From Parcubacteria group bacterium Gr01-1014_3 (lineage in GTDB: Bacteria; Patescibacteriota; Minisyncoccia; UBA6257; WO2-44-18), in NCBI GenBank assembly GCA_007376445.1, contig VMGF01000003.1, forward strand, positions 31,024 through 95,023: a stretch of DNA of 64,000 nucleotides. Reading direction: 5' to 3'. Below the pieces are notes generated by a model. That model was not told the origin of the DNA, made no database searches, and saw nothing but the letters and a program-made list of their open reading frames with translations. Position 1 is the stretch's first letter. Each line of letters starts with the position of its first letter. Positions 19,019-29,102 of the stretch are shown in pieces. A program made the position numbers and the translations under genes.

Positions 19019-19423
19019 TTATAATTGATTTATAATCCTCTTGAATACCACGCCATCATTACTGAATGTAATCAAAATTGCAAGCCGTAAATTATTTAAT
19101 TTTAAATATTCGAGAACCTGATCAATGTGGGACTTAGAAAATCGTAGGCCACGCTTTATTTCTACAATGATTTTGTCATCGACTAAAAAATCTAAAAACT
19201 TTCTGCCAACAACCTCGTCTTGATACTTTATCGGACAATTAACTTGTTCAAGAAAGGATATTCCAGAACCTTTTAATGCCTGAGCCAGTGCCTTTTGATA
19301 ATATTTCTCGAGCAGACCCGGTCCGATTTCATTGAACACATCAAAAGCCCGGCCGATAATTTTATAGCTCAACTCTGGATAAATAAGATCATCTCTTTTT
19401 AAAACCGAAGCCTGTTTAATCAT
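19019..19423 (-). CDS. GxxExxY protein (PD-(D/E)XK nuclease-like)
   Basis: GLLEKYY, DFLVDDKIIVEIK; flanked by inverted ATTCG arrays. Confidence 0.9.
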   Translation of the reverse strand: MIKQASVLKRDDLIYPELSYKIIGRAFDVFNEIGPGLLEKYYQKALAQALKGSGISFLEQVNCPIKYQDEVVGRKFLDFLVDDKIIVEIKRGLRFSKSHIDQVLEYLKLNNLRLAILITFSNDGVVFKRIINQL

Positions 19424-19462
19424 AGATTCGTTTATTCGTATATTCGCCCGATTCGTTATTCG

Positions 19463-20896
19463 CTACTTGGTGATTTTCAGGTGTAGCTCTTTCATCTGCT
19501 TGTCGTCAACATCGGATGGGGCGTCCATCATCAGGTCTCGGCCATCGCCGGTTTTGGAAAACGCGATCACTTCGCGGATGTTTGGTTCATTCAACAGAAT
19601 CATCATCAAGCGATCAAAGCCGATTGCCGCTCCACCATGCGGAGGCACGCCATAAGAGAACGCGTCCATCATGTGGCCGAACTTATCGATCACCACCTTT
19701 TCTTCATAGCCAAGTAAAGTAAACGCTTTCTTCAAAAGATCCGGCAAGTGGTTACGGATGCTCCCACCGGCGATCTCAAAACCATTCAAAGCAAGGTCGT
19801 ACTGCATCGCCATCACATCTTTCAATTTGTCATAGTCATTGTCATTGGTCATATCTGGCAGTTTTTCTCCGTATGGCATACTGAACGGATTGTGGCCGAA
19901 GTCCCATTTTTTTCTCTGCCCTGAGCCCGCCTGCCCCGCCGCGGCGGTGGCCGAAGGGTCCTTCACCTCTTCGTAGAACGGAAAATCAATCACCCAGACG
20001 AAAGCTAGTTCGTTAGGATCATTTTTATCCTTTCGGAAATCCGGCTTATCGTTGCCATACTTTTCCATCGCTTCTTTATAGGAAATTCGCGGGAATGGAG
20101 CTTGCTGGATTTTCTTTTCCGGAAATTCACGCGTGACCAACTCGATCATCAAACCCTCGAGCACCGCCAAAACATCTTCGCGATTCACAAAGCTCATCTC
20201 TAAATCGATCTGTGTAAACTCCGGCTGGCGATCGCCGCGGGTATCCTCATCCCGGAAGCAACGAGCCACCTGAAAATATCGCTCCAATCCAGCCACCATC
20301 AAAAGCTGTTTATATTGCTGGGGAGACTGCGGAAGCGCGTAAAACTTGCCAGGGTACAATCGAGACGGCACTAAATAATCCCGAGCGCCTTCCGGCGTAG
20401 ACTTTGAAAGAATCGGAGTTTCCACCTCCACAAAATCCTGGCCTTTCATATATTCATCAATAAAGCCGAGGGTTTTACTTCGCAAGCGCAAATTCCTCTG
20501 CATTCTGGCTCGGCGTAAATCTACATAGCGGTATTTCATCCGGGCCTCCTCGCCAATCTCCGAACCATCCGTATCCACCGCGATCGGTGGAGTTTTCGCT
20601 TCGGAGTAAACTGATACTTCTTTTGCCAATATCTCGATCGTGCCGGTAGAAATATTCGGATTGACCATATTCGCCGGGCGAGCGTTGACCTGACCGGTGA
20701 TTTTCACCACCCACTCCGGGCGAAGCTTGTCAGCTTGCTCGTATAAATCTTTTAAAAAGACGACCTGAACCACGCCGCTCCGATCCCGAAGTTCAATAAA
20801 AATAAGTTTGCCGTGATCCCGGCGTACATGCACCCAGCCGGAAATTTCTACCTGCTCGCCGACTTTATTTACTAAGTCTCTGATAAGAGTTCGCAT
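19463..20896 (-). CDS. aspS: Aspartyl-tRNA synthetase, short form lacking the insertion domain
   Basis: STPEGARDY, LPQSPQ, FRDED.RGDRQPEFTQ, PPHGG; start MRTLI. Confidence 0.95.
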   Translation of the reverse strand: MRTLIRDLVNKVGEQVEISGWVHVRRDHGKLIFIELRDRSGVVQVVFLKDLYEQADKLRPEWVVKITGQVNARPANMVNPNISTGTIEILAKEVSVYSEAKTPPIAVDTDGSEIGEEARMKYRYVDLRRARMQRNLRLRSKTLGFIDEYMKGQDFVEVETPILSKSTPEGARDYLVPSRLYPGKFYALPQSPQQYKQLLMVAGLERYFQVARCFRDEDTRGDRQPEFTQIDLEMSFVNREDVLAVLEGLMIELVTREFPEKKIQQAPFPRISYKEAMEKYGNDKPDFRKDKNDPNELAFVWVIDFPFYEEVKDPSATAAAGQAGSGQRKKWDFGHNPFSMPYGEKLPDMTNDNDYDKLKDVMAMQYDLALNGFEIAGGSIRNHLPDLLKKAFTLLGYEEKVVIDKFGHMMDAFSYGVPPHGGAAIGFDRLMMILLNEPNIREVIAFSKTGDGRDLMMDAPSDVDDKQMKELHLKITK

Positions 20897-20921
20897 TGAT
20901 AATGAGTTTATCAAATAATCG

Positions 20922-21374
20922 CTACTTTGTCTCTTTTTTGATGACTTCCAAAATTCCAGAAATAACCTCACTTACCATCGCTCGCTCTCTAGTATTACCG
21001 TCTTTGTCCTTCACGTTTTCAAAAAGTAACTTGTCCCCGACTTTAATTAAATTCCGCAAATCTTCCTTTTCTTCTTTTGACAAACCCCGACCCGCATTAT
21101 TGCTATAGCTCTTCATGTCAAAATCGCCGGCTACCCAGCGAGCTATAAATTCTTCAGATTTCTCCAGATTACCCGAGTGGAACCATTCATCTTTTACATT
21201 TACCAACGGTCGTCCTTTTTCTCTGCCAATTAAGGTGATCTTATAAATAGTTTTGTCGTTTCCGCCAGTCGTCTCTATCGAAACGCGATCCCCGTTTACT
21301 AATTCACGTAAATCTACCTGTTCGATATTTTTTTCTTTTTCAGCCCTAGGCAGTTCCGGCTTCTCGAATTTCAT
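20922..21374 (-). CDS. Hypothetical protein
   Basis: 150-aa ORF, lower GC. Confidence 0.6.
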   Translation of the reverse strand: MKFEKPELPRAEKEKNIEQVDLRELVNGDRVSIETTGGNDKTIYKITLIGREKGRPLVNVKDEWFHSGNLEKSEEFIARWVAGDFDMKSYSNNAGRGLSKEEKEDLRNLIKVGDKLLFENVKDKDGNTRERAMVSEVISGILEVIKKETK

Positions 21375-21636
21375 AAATCAATCATATCTTTTCAAAACAT
21401 CTCCGTCAAAATACCCACGCACTAATTTTGCTTTTTCAATATTTAAACTTTTATATCTTTAAGTCTTATCTAAATTAAAACAGCGATACGCTAGGGATCA
21501 CGGCTATTCGCCGCCCGCGTATCGCTGTTTATATATCTGCAAAATTAGTACGGGGTTATCGTTTTGTAACTAAAATTCCTTCGCTTTTAGCTTGGAATTT
21601 TAGACAAAGCCGATAAAAAAGACCCCAATTAGGGGT

Positions 21637-21843
21637 CTACTTCTTATGTTTCGCTTTCCATTTCTGATATCGTTTCTGGACCGATTTGTTATTCCAAAGC
21701 CGGAAATACATTTCTTTACCCAGGGCGGTTCCCCGCTTGATCTCATCCAGCACGCTTCCGCCGCCCATCTGAATACCCAGCTCGCCCTTCGCGTCGGTCG
21801 CGATAAATTCCAAAAAATCCTGATCGGGAGACCAGTAACCCAT
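21637..21843 (-). CDS. Small hypothetical protein
   Basis: AAGGAG SD and downstream terminator. Confidence 0.65.
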   Translation of the reverse strand: MGYWSPDQDFLEFIATDAKGELGIQMGGGSVLDEIKRGTALGKEMYFRLWNNKSVQKRYQKWKAKHKK

Positions 21844-21875
21844 GTCGTTTCTCCTTAAGAACTGAAAATACTATA

Positions 21876-22754
21876 TCACTGCCTTACTAACTTTAAAACT
21901 CCGCCGCTCCAACTCGAACCCATCGTCCCCTTCTCCAGGGTAGTGAAGATCTGCGCCCCCGCGGATTTGAGACGAGCGAGCGCTGCCGGCGTGGGGTGGC
22001 CGTAAGTATTTTTGCCAACTTCGATGATCGCGGCCTTCGGTTTTACCGCGGCTAAAAATTCCGCGCCGCTGGAAAATCGAGAACCGTGATGCCCGACCTT
22101 CAAAATATCCGCCGATAGATCGTATCTTTTCATCAACTCGTTTTCGACATTAAAGCCAATATCTGCCGTAAATAAGATCTTGAAGTTCTTGTCGCGAAGC
22201 ATAGTCACCAAGCTGGTGTCGTTTAGCTCGCTACTTAATAGATCACCGCTATTCGGAGAAAGAATGCCTAAGGCCGTATCCTCGTGAATTATCCGATCTT
22301 CCTCCGCTAATTGAATATACGGAACGCCCCGATTCTGAAGCTCGTTGATTAGAGTCTGATAAGCTCCGGCAGTGCCTTTTCTGCCATTCCCAATAAACGC
22401 TCCGACTTCATAATTTTTCAGCACATCAATAAACCCTCCGAAGTGGTCTAACTGGGGATGGGTCATCAAAAGCATATCGATATACCGGTCCTGGGGCGGT
22501 AAGACTTTGGCCAGCGCCGTTAACACTTTGCCATCCGGATTCCCAGCATCGATCAATAACTTCGGGCCACCAGGAAAAATAATCAGCTGGCTATCCCCTT
22601 GCCCGACATCCAGAAAATAAATTCTGGCACTATCACGCGTGATAGTGCTTGCTTGGATAATCTGATACCAGACAATTCCGTCCAGCAATAATAACGCCGC
22701 TACAATATATAAAACCCAGTTAGACTTTTTTGCTTTGGAATTTTTGTTCAGCAT
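21876..22754 (-). CDS. ComEC-type metallo-beta-lactamase domain protein
   Basis: FLDVGQGDS, THPQLDHFGG, LKVGHHGS. Confidence 0.9.
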   Translation of the reverse strand: MLNKNSKAKKSNWVLYIVAALLLLDGIVWYQIIQASTITRDSARIYFLDVGQGDSQLIIFPGGPKLLIDAGNPDGKVLTALAKVLPPQDRYIDMLLMTHPQLDHFGGFIDVLKNYEVGAFIGNGRKGTAGAYQTLINELQNRGVPYIQLAEEDRIIHEDTALGILSPNSGDLLSSELNDTSLVTMLRDKNFKILFTADIGFNVENELMKRYDLSADILKVGHHGSRFSSGAEFLAAVKPKAAIIEVGKNTYGHPTPAALARLKSAGAQIFTTLEKGTMGSSWSGGVLKLVRQ

Positions 22755-24153
22755 AATAGACAAGTCCAATAAGCGCGGCCCAATAAAGCACGCCATAGAA
22801 CCAATTAAAGTTCACTACTTCGAATACTCCGCCTAGCTTAGAAAACCAGTCGATGACCGTCAACTCGTAAGTAAGGAGTATGCTGACCAGCCAAGCTAAC
22901 GCCTGCGCCAACCAGCCAGAGATCACGGCCGCGAAAGCCACCATAAATCCAAAAAACATCGTGAGCGGTATGGCGGAAAGTAAAAGCATATTGGTCAACA
23001 AACCCATCGCGGAAACTGTGCCGAATGAACTTAATAAAATCGGGAGCACGGCCAGCTGCGCGGAAAGGGTGGCAAAAAGATTCTGCCGCCAGTTCAGGAT
23101 TCCCGGCTCCTCTTTCGCGCGGACAAGCTTTCGTAATGCCGGAGCCAGATAAACGATTCCTAAAAGCGCAGCGAAGGAAAGCTGGAAGCCAATATCCCAC
23201 ACCAACACTCTCGGATTCGCGAGCACCATCAGGAGCGCGGCAAGCGCGAGAGCGTTCCGGAAATTGTGGATCCGCCCGATCTGGTTCGCGAGTAAAAGCA
23301 AAGAAGCCATGATCGCCGCCCGCACCACCGAGGCTTCGGCTCCCGTCATCACCACGAAGCCAAGAATGATCACCACGGTCAGGACGAAAAACGTCCGCCG
23401 CGAGACCCGGCCCGCTAGAGCTAGGCCAATAGCGTCAATAATAATCGCCACGTTGTACCCGGAGAGCGCGACTAAATGAGAAGTGCCAGTCAAACTCAAC
23501 TTTTCCCGGAATTCTTTGGTGAAGCCGGAGGTATCGCCCAGAATTAACCCGGAAAGAAAAGCGGCCCGCTCTGGCGAGAGGACTTTATAAAATGAATCCC
23601 GCACAAAATCCCGTATCGAAAACAATCCCCGCTTCAGCCAAAAACCTTCATTCTCCCCGGTTGGCGTAATTTTCGGATTCCGCATTCGCGCCACAATGCC
23701 ATTTTTCAGATAGGAATTTTTATATTCCTCCGGAATCTCTTCTACCTTGCCATCAATTTTCAAAACATCGCCATATTTATATGCCGGGTATTTCGAGGTG
23801 AATATTTTAAGCCTGCCGTTATATGACTCGCGAATCGCCATAATTAACTCCTGACTCTCCATTCCCTGCTCGGCTTTGGCCACAAACCCGGTCAGTTCCG
23901 CCTTTTGTCCGACCGGTAAATTACTGGACAGGCGGAACTGGTCGACGATGACAACATGACCATAACCAATGACCAGAAAAATGCTTAATGCCGCCATCCA
24001 ATAACGTCCCAGAAGTAAAAACAGCGCGCCCAGTAAAAGCGTGATTCCGATAATTATCCAGAACCTACTTCCCCATTCTTGAAACACGCTTGCCAGAAAT
24101 ACCCCAATCAAAAATAAGCTGGAGGAATAGAAAAATATAGAGCCGGGTTTCAT
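22720..24153 (-). CDS. comEC: ComEC/Rec2 competence channel
   Basis: GTSHLVALSGYNV, SVVRAAIM, GFQLSFAA. Confidence 0.93.
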   Translation of the reverse strand: MKPGSIFFYSSSLFLIGVFLASVFQEWGSRFWIIIGITLLLGALFLLLGRYWMAALSIFLVIGYGHVVIVDQFRLSSNLPVGQKAELTGFVAKAEQGMESQELIMAIRESYNGRLKIFTSKYPAYKYGDVLKIDGKVEEIPEEYKNSYLKNGIVARMRNPKITPTGENEGFWLKRGLFSIRDFVRDSFYKVLSPERAAFLSGLILGDTSGFTKEFREKLSLTGTSHLVALSGYNVAIIIDAIGLALAGRVSRRTFFVLTVVIILGFVVMTGAEASVVRAAIMASLLLLANQIGRIHNFRNALALAALLMVLANPRVLVWDIGFQLSFAALLGIVYLAPALRKLVRAKEEPGILNWRQNLFATLSAQLAVLPILLSSFGTVSAMGLLTNMLLLSAIPLTMFFGFMVAFAAVISGWLAQALAWLVSILLTYELTVIDWFSKLGGVFEVVNFNWFYGVLYWAALIGLVYYAEQKFQSKKV

Positions 24154-24193
24154 TGCGGCAAGTATAGCCAGCTAAACCACAAACAGTCAAAAA

Positions 24194-24418
24194 TTACTTC
24201 TTATTCCCAATAGCAATATAGAGGATCGCGCGCTTTATAAGTTCTATGATAACAGCTCCAATACCACCACCGAATATAATCGCCCCCATAGCCAACAAAA
24301 TTCCCTCCTCCCAAAGAGCTAAAGTTAAACCAAAAACCCAAATTGCCAAAAAAACGTAGGCTCCAATATATACAACCTTGAGGACGCGATACCAAATTTT
24401 AGCCTCTAAATCTTTCAT
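24194..24418 (-). CDS. Small membrane protein
   Basis: 2 TM helices. Confidence 0.65.
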   Translation of the reverse strand: MKDLEAKIWYRVLKVVYIGAYVFLAIWVFGLTLALWEEGILLAMGAIIFGGGIGAVIIELIKRAILYIAIGNKK

Positions 24419-24420
24419 TT

Positions 24421-24819
24421 TTACTTTCTACGAAAACCTCCTATTAAAATGTAAGCTGTCAGTGCCCAAACTGGCACAATCCCAAAAGTTAATGGATCTT
24501 TCACTGCCCTGCTAGCCCAAAGATACATCCCATCAGAAACAAGGACAATCGGGCCGAACACCCACCAAACAATAACCAGCAATGCCAATATTTCGCCAAT
24601 TCTTCTTAGAGGCGTGCTTTGAACTAAGCCTAACCTTCGCTTCTTCGCCGATCTATATGCAAGGGAACCTAAGGTCATGATGAAGCCAATTATTGGGGTA
24701 TTGCCAGGATATGACCCATTAACAACGTTAACCAGACTGATAATCCCCAATATGCCCACGGCCAAGGCGATAGTTGAGCCAACAAACCTTTTATCGAAAC
24801 CAGTAGATTTTATTTCCAT
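24421..24819 (-). CDS. Membrane protein
   Basis: About 4 TM helices. Confidence 0.65.
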   Translation of the reverse strand: MEIKSTGFDKRFVGSTIALAVGILGIISLVNVVNGSYPGNTPIIGFIMTLGSLAYRSAKKRRLGLVQSTPLRRIGEILALLVIVWWVFGPIVLVSDGMYLWASRAVKDPLTFGIVPVWALTAYILIGGFRRK

Positions 24820-24853
24820 GTATCTTTACATTATAGCATTAGTTCTAAATAAA

Positions 24854-25369
24854 TTAATCTTGATTTTCTTTAGAATACTGCCACAAAGCCTTATCAACTG
24901 TTCTAATATCCAAGCCAACATTTTTTGATATTTCACGAATATAAATAAAATATTTTTTCCAGTATTGAAAAGTATAACTAGCCGGAGGCTTACCCCAGCC
25001 AATAGACCATAGGACTCGAAAATCTAGAACTGGGTATTGTTCCGGAAATGCAAAATGTAAAATTACTGACGCCATAGGCCAGGAAACTCCATTTAAACCA
25101 AGCAAGCTGGAAATGCGAGCCTGTTCGGTTTTGGCTGATAAGCTAAATTTAGTAATCTCTATGACTGCCTCCGGATCATTATTCTTACAATGCCTAACTA
25201 TACGCGGTGCCTTCCAATGTCCGATTTTGATTAGCTCATCGATATTCAAATATCGCCGATTGAATAAAATCTTTTTTAGTTCGGCCTCAATCATCTTGTC
25301 CTTAACGCTGGCCTTCTTGTCGTATTTTTCAGCATATTCAATTAGTAATGCCTTATTATTTATATCCAT
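24854..25369 (-). CDS. Helix-hairpin-helix DNA glycosylase-like hypothetical protein
   Basis: LLGLNGVSWPMASVILH..YPVLDFRV, DKALW; low GC. Confidence 0.65.
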   Translation of the reverse strand: MDINNKALLIEYAEKYDKKASVKDKMIEAELKKILFNRRYLNIDELIKIGHWKAPRIVRHCKNNDPEAVIEITKFSLSAKTEQARISSLLGLNGVSWPMASVILHFAFPEQYPVLDFRVLWSIGWGKPPASYTFQYWKKYFIYIREISKNVGLDIRTVDKALWQYSKENQD

Positions 25370-25376
25370 TTGAGTT

Positions 25377-26573
25377 TTATTTAATTATTCCCCCGCCAAG
25401 CATCGTACCTTTCTTATCATAAAAAACTGCCGATTGGCCGGGGGCTACAAATTTCATCGGACGATGAAATTTTAGTTCACCAGTTTTAAGTTTAAAGTTT
25501 AAAGTTAGAACAGCGGGTTGAAGAGGCTGGCGGTAGCGGACGCGGGCGGAAACCGGAATAGCTGTAAGATTGCCGCGGCGCTTTGCGCCTCGCAATGACA
25601 GGGGTTCGAAAAATAAATTAACATCGGTTAATACGACTTCTTTCCGGTAAAGTGCCGGGTTGTCTTCGCCTTCGGCGACGACCACGATATTTTTCTTTAT
25701 ATCTTTACTGGCCACATAAAGCGGCTTGTCGCTACCGCCGACGCCAAGGCCGTGGCGCTGGCCGATCGTATAGAAATGGGCGCCGTGATGCTCTCCTATC
25801 TCGTTGCCGTGAATATCTAGGATTGCTCCCTTCTTCGGCTTAATGTATTTCGCCAAAAAATCCGGCAAAGAAACCTGACCCAAAAAGCAGATGCCCTGCG
25901 AATCCTTTTTCGTGGCATTGTGCAGGCCAAACTTTTCAGCCAGTTTTCGAACCTGCGGCTTTGTGTAATCCCCAACCGGGAACAAACAGTGCTTCAACTG
26001 CTCGGGCTTGAGTGTCCACAAAAAATAAGATTGATCCTTGTTCTTGTCCTTAGCGATCGCTATCATTCTAACTTTCAACTTTGAACTTGGAACTTTTAAC
26101 TCGCGCAGTAGCGCGTAATGCCCCGTCGCCACGAAGTCCGCGCCCATCTCCAGGGCTTTTTTATAAAATAAACCGAATTTAATTTCCTTGTTACACATCA
26201 CATCCGGATTCGGCGTGATCCCTTTTTTATATCCATCCACCATATACTTCACCACTAGGTCTTTATATTCCTGCTCGTAATCAAAAGCGTAAAACGGGAT
26301 ATTCAGATGCTCCGCCGCCCGGCGCGCGTCTTCGGCGTCCTCTGCGGCACAACCATCCACATTGAAACACTTCAAGTGAACTCCCACGACATCGTAGCCT
26401 TCCTTTTTCAGCAATGCCGCGGCTACGGACGAATCAACGCCGCCTGACATACCTACAAACACCCTTCGGCTTGGTTCGGCTACGCTCACCACGAGTCGCT
26501 CAGGGTAAACTATTTTTTGCTTAGAGTTCTTCTTCACGGAATATATTTTACGATAAATTTTCCAAATTGGCAA
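25377..26573 (-). CDS. mnmA: tRNA 2-thiouridylase (start uncertain)
   Basis: MSGGVDSS, PNPDVMCN, KDQSYFL, SQGICF, APGQ. Confidence 0.95.
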   Translation of the reverse strand: MPIWKIYRKIYSVKKNSKQKIVYPERLVVSVAEPSRRVFVGMSGGVDSSVAAALLKKEGYDVVGVHLKCFNVDGCAAEDAEDARRAAEHLNIPFYAFDYEQEYKDLVVKYMVDGYKKGITPNPDVMCNKEIKFGLFYKKALEMGADFVATGHYALLRELKVPSSKLKVRMIAIAKDKNKDQSYFLWTLKPEQLKHCLFPVGDYTKPQVRKLAEKFGLHNATKKDSQGICFLGQVSLPDFLAKYIKPKKGAILDIHGNEIGEHHGAHFYTIGQRHGLGVGGSDKPLYVASKDIKKNIVVVAEGEDNPALYRKEVVLTDVNLFFEPLSLRGAKRRGNLTAIPVSARVRYRQPLQPAVLTLNFKLKTGELKFHRPMKFVAPGQSAVFYDKKGTMLGGGIIK

Positions 26574-26590
26574 AATTAAAAACCGCCCCG

Positions 26591-26848
26591 TTATTGGGGC
26601 GGTTCGTGTTGCGTGGCACCAGGAGAGCCCACTTCTGGCTTTCTCTGAATACGTTCTTTCTCGTCTTGCCTACAGAGATCAATCATGACTAATCCGGTAA
26701 CTGGCCCGAATGCAGTCATTAATATCAAAAGCACAAATGACCCTATTGGTTGTTGTCGGAAGGAAGCATGCAGATAACGGCAAAGCCTTCCGGCACACCA
26801 TGCGCCAGTCCACAGCCACCAGGCCAGGGAAATGTAGAGGTAGATCAT
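26591..26848 (-). CDS. Small membrane protein
   Basis: ATGA overlap with upstream ORF; TM segments. Confidence 0.55.
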   Translation of the reverse strand: MIYLYISLAWWLWTGAWCAGRLCRYLHASFRQQPIGSFVLLILMTAFGPVTGLVMIDLCRQDEKERIQRKPEVGSPGATQHEPPQ

Positions 26849-27108
26849 TGTTCCTTCGTGTTCTCGTTGAATGGCCAGATCTTTTTTATGTCCATCACAA
26901 TCAGAAACCAGAAAAGTGACATAATCGCGGCCTGGAGAGTCGAGCCTGTTTGATTATCCCAACGACACTCTAAGCCAAAGCCGACCCGCTTAGCCAGCTC
27001 ATCCTGTTGTTTATAATCGAATCCGATAAGATAAACCGCCATCAGGAAAAAGTTGGTGGTGTAGCCCCACATGAGCCACCACAGCGACTCTGACCAATCC
27101 CAGCCCAT
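26845..27108 (-). CDS. Small membrane protein
   Basis: AAGGAGGT SD; 2 TM helices. Confidence 0.6.
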   Translation of the reverse strand: MGWDWSESLWWLMWGYTTNFFLMAVYLIGFDYKQQDELAKRVGFGLECRWDNQTGSTLQAAIMSLFWFLIVMDIKKIWPFNENTKEQ

Positions 27109-27204
27109 ATGACCTCCTTTTTAAGTTCTGTGCAAATTATATCATATTAAATATAAATTGTCAAAAGATTGCTTAGCGGCGAACTTTTCGATACACTATT
27201 CCAT

Positions 27205-27780
27205 ATGTCGCTTACTTATAATGAACTCAAACCTGGCGCTGTCTTCATGTATGAGGGTCAGCCGTATGAAGTCTTGGAATTCGAGTTTTTGCGCATGCAA
27301 CAGCGTAAACCAGTGGCGCAGACCAAGATCAAAAACCTAGTGACGGGTAAAATTTTGGAACGAAATTTCCATCAAAACGAAACCTTTGAAGAAGCGGAGA
27401 TCGAAAAGCACCAGATCAAATATATGTATAATAGCCGCGGAGAATACTGGTTCTCCGAGCCGAAGGATTCATCCAAGCGCTTCTCAATAAAAGAAGAGGC
27501 TTTGCCACCGGCGGTTAGATTTTTGAAAACAAATACCGAAGTTACGGCCAACAAGATGGGAGATGAGATCATCAGCGTGCAGGTACCGGTCAAAGTTGAG
27601 TTAATGGTCAAAGAGGCTCCTCCGGGCGGCAAAGGCGATACCGTGACTGGCGGTGATAAGAAAGTGGTGCTGGAAACCGGCGCGGAAGTTACCGTTCCTA
27701 TGTTCGTGAATACTGGGGATATTATCAGGATCAATACCGCGACGGGGCAATATACAGAAAGAGTTGAGAAGTCCAAATAA
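27205..27780 (+). CDS. efp: Elongation factor P
   Basis: MQQRKPV loop, PPGGKGDT, LETG..VPMFVNTGD; TTGCTT-17-TACACT-7-ATG. Confidence 0.95.
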   Translation: MSLTYNELKPGAVFMYEGQPYEVLEFEFLRMQQRKPVAQTKIKNLVTGKILERNFHQNETFEEAEIEKHQIKYMYNSRGEYWFSEPKDSSKRFSIKEEALPPAVRFLKTNTEVTANKMGDEIISVQVPVKVELMVKEAPPGGKGDTVTGGDKKVVLETGAEVTVPMFVNTGDIIRINTATGQYTERVEKSK

Positions 27781-27803
27781 AAAACCGCTCAGTGAGCGGT
27801 TTT

Positions 27804-29012
27804 TTATTTGGACTTGGCTAACTTTTCTCGAATCTTTCGGAATAGATTTTCCATAAACCAAAGGTTATGAGCGGTAGCCAAGATCGGGCCAAGCATCTCC
27901 CCTGCGCGGAAAAGATGAGCCAAATATGAACGGCTATAGTTTTTACAGGTATAGCAGCCGCACTTTTTGTCGATCGGATTTTTGTCTTCCAGATTTTTAG
28001 CGAGTTTTAAATTAAATCTTCCACCCTCCACCAAAGCCGCGCCATTCCTGGCCAGCCGGGTCGGGGCCACGCAATCAAAAGTATCCACGCCGGCCATTAC
28101 GGCTTTTTCTATATCCTCCGGAGAGCCGATGCCCAAAAGATGCCGAGGTTTTTCCTCTGGTAAAAGCGGCATAATCCAGTCCAGGATTTTATACATATCC
28201 GACTTGATCTTGCCCATCGCGCCGCCAATACCCACACCATCAAAACCTAAATTGCCGATTACTTTGGCTGATTCTTTGCGCAGATCCTCAAATACACCAC
28301 CCTGAATCACGCCATATAAAGCCTGCCGCCCAATGGGATTGGGCGAGCCTCGCCCAGAATGGGCGGGCTTTTTGTGTTTGAAAGCTTCCAGACAACGGAC
28401 CGCCCAGCGATGCGTGCGCTTCATAGAGCGCTTGGTATATTCATAGTCGTGAAGCGGAGAGGTGCACTCATCAAAAGCAAAAATTAAATCAGCGCCAAGA
28501 TTTTCCTGAATTTGGATAGATTTTTCCGGGCTGATGAAATGGCTCGAGCCGTCGATATGCGAGCGGAACTCCACGCCCTCCTCGCTGATCTTGGTCAGTT
28601 TCTCTTTTTTAGGAATCGCGTGCTCCGCCTCGCCCTCGCGTAAGACCCCGGTCTTTTCTCCGGGGAAAATATTGGCAACTTTACCCACGCCATGCTCCAG
28701 GGCCGCGCCTAAACTGAATACCTGAAAACCGCCGCTGTCCGTCCAGATCGGCCGGTCCCAATTCATAAACTTATGAAGTCCGCCCATTTTTTTAACTATC
28801 TCATCGCCCGGGCGGAGATAGAGATGATAGGTATTACAAAGCAAAGAATCAGAGCCGATTTCTTTAAGTTGATCCACGGTCAGGCCCTTGATGGCCGCCT
28901 GTGTGCCAACCGGAATAAAAGCCGGCGTATGGATCACTCCATGCGCGGTTTTTATAATGCCTAATCTTGCTCGAGTCCTATTTGATTTTTTAATAATTTG
29001 AAAGATTCCCAT
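27804..29012 (-). CDS. tgt: tRNA-guanine transglycosylase
   Basis: NTYHL, TDSGGFQVFSL, DCVAPTR, CxCxxC..HN. Confidence 0.95.
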   Translation of the reverse strand: MGIFQIIKKSNRTRARLGIIKTAHGVIHTPAFIPVGTQAAIKGLTVDQLKEIGSDSLLCNTYHLYLRPGDEIVKKMGGLHKFMNWDRPIWTDSGGFQVFSLGAALEHGVGKVANIFPGEKTGVLREGEAEHAIPKKEKLTKISEEGVEFRSHIDGSSHFISPEKSIQIQENLGADLIFAFDECTSPLHDYEYTKRSMKRTHRWAVRCLEAFKHKKPAHSGRGSPNPIGRQALYGVIQGGVFEDLRKESAKVIGNLGFDGVGIGGAMGKIKSDMYKILDWIMPLLPEEKPRHLLGIGSPEDIEKAVMAGVDTFDCVAPTRLARNGAALVEGGRFNLKLAKNLEDKNPIDKKCGCYTCKNYSRSYLAHLFRAGEMLGPILATAHNLWFMENLFRKIREKLAKSK

Positions 29013-29020
29013 AGATGTAA

Positions 29021-29085
29021 ATTTTCAATTTTAAATTTTGAAATTTTAATTTAAATTAAAATTTATAATTTCAAATTTTAAATTA
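29021..29085. repeat. AT-rich 7-8-mer array, type B
   Basis: Similar to 35878-35942 and 46810-46875. Confidence 0.75.
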
Positions 29086-29102
29086 TTGAGTAACAGAAAA
29101 AA

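Noticed and set aside
21376-21460. Short reading frame ..IEKAKLVRGYFDGDVLKRYD* abutting the 20922-21374 start
   Set aside because: May be a gene remnant but is unidentifiable and overlaps the degenerate inverted repeat.
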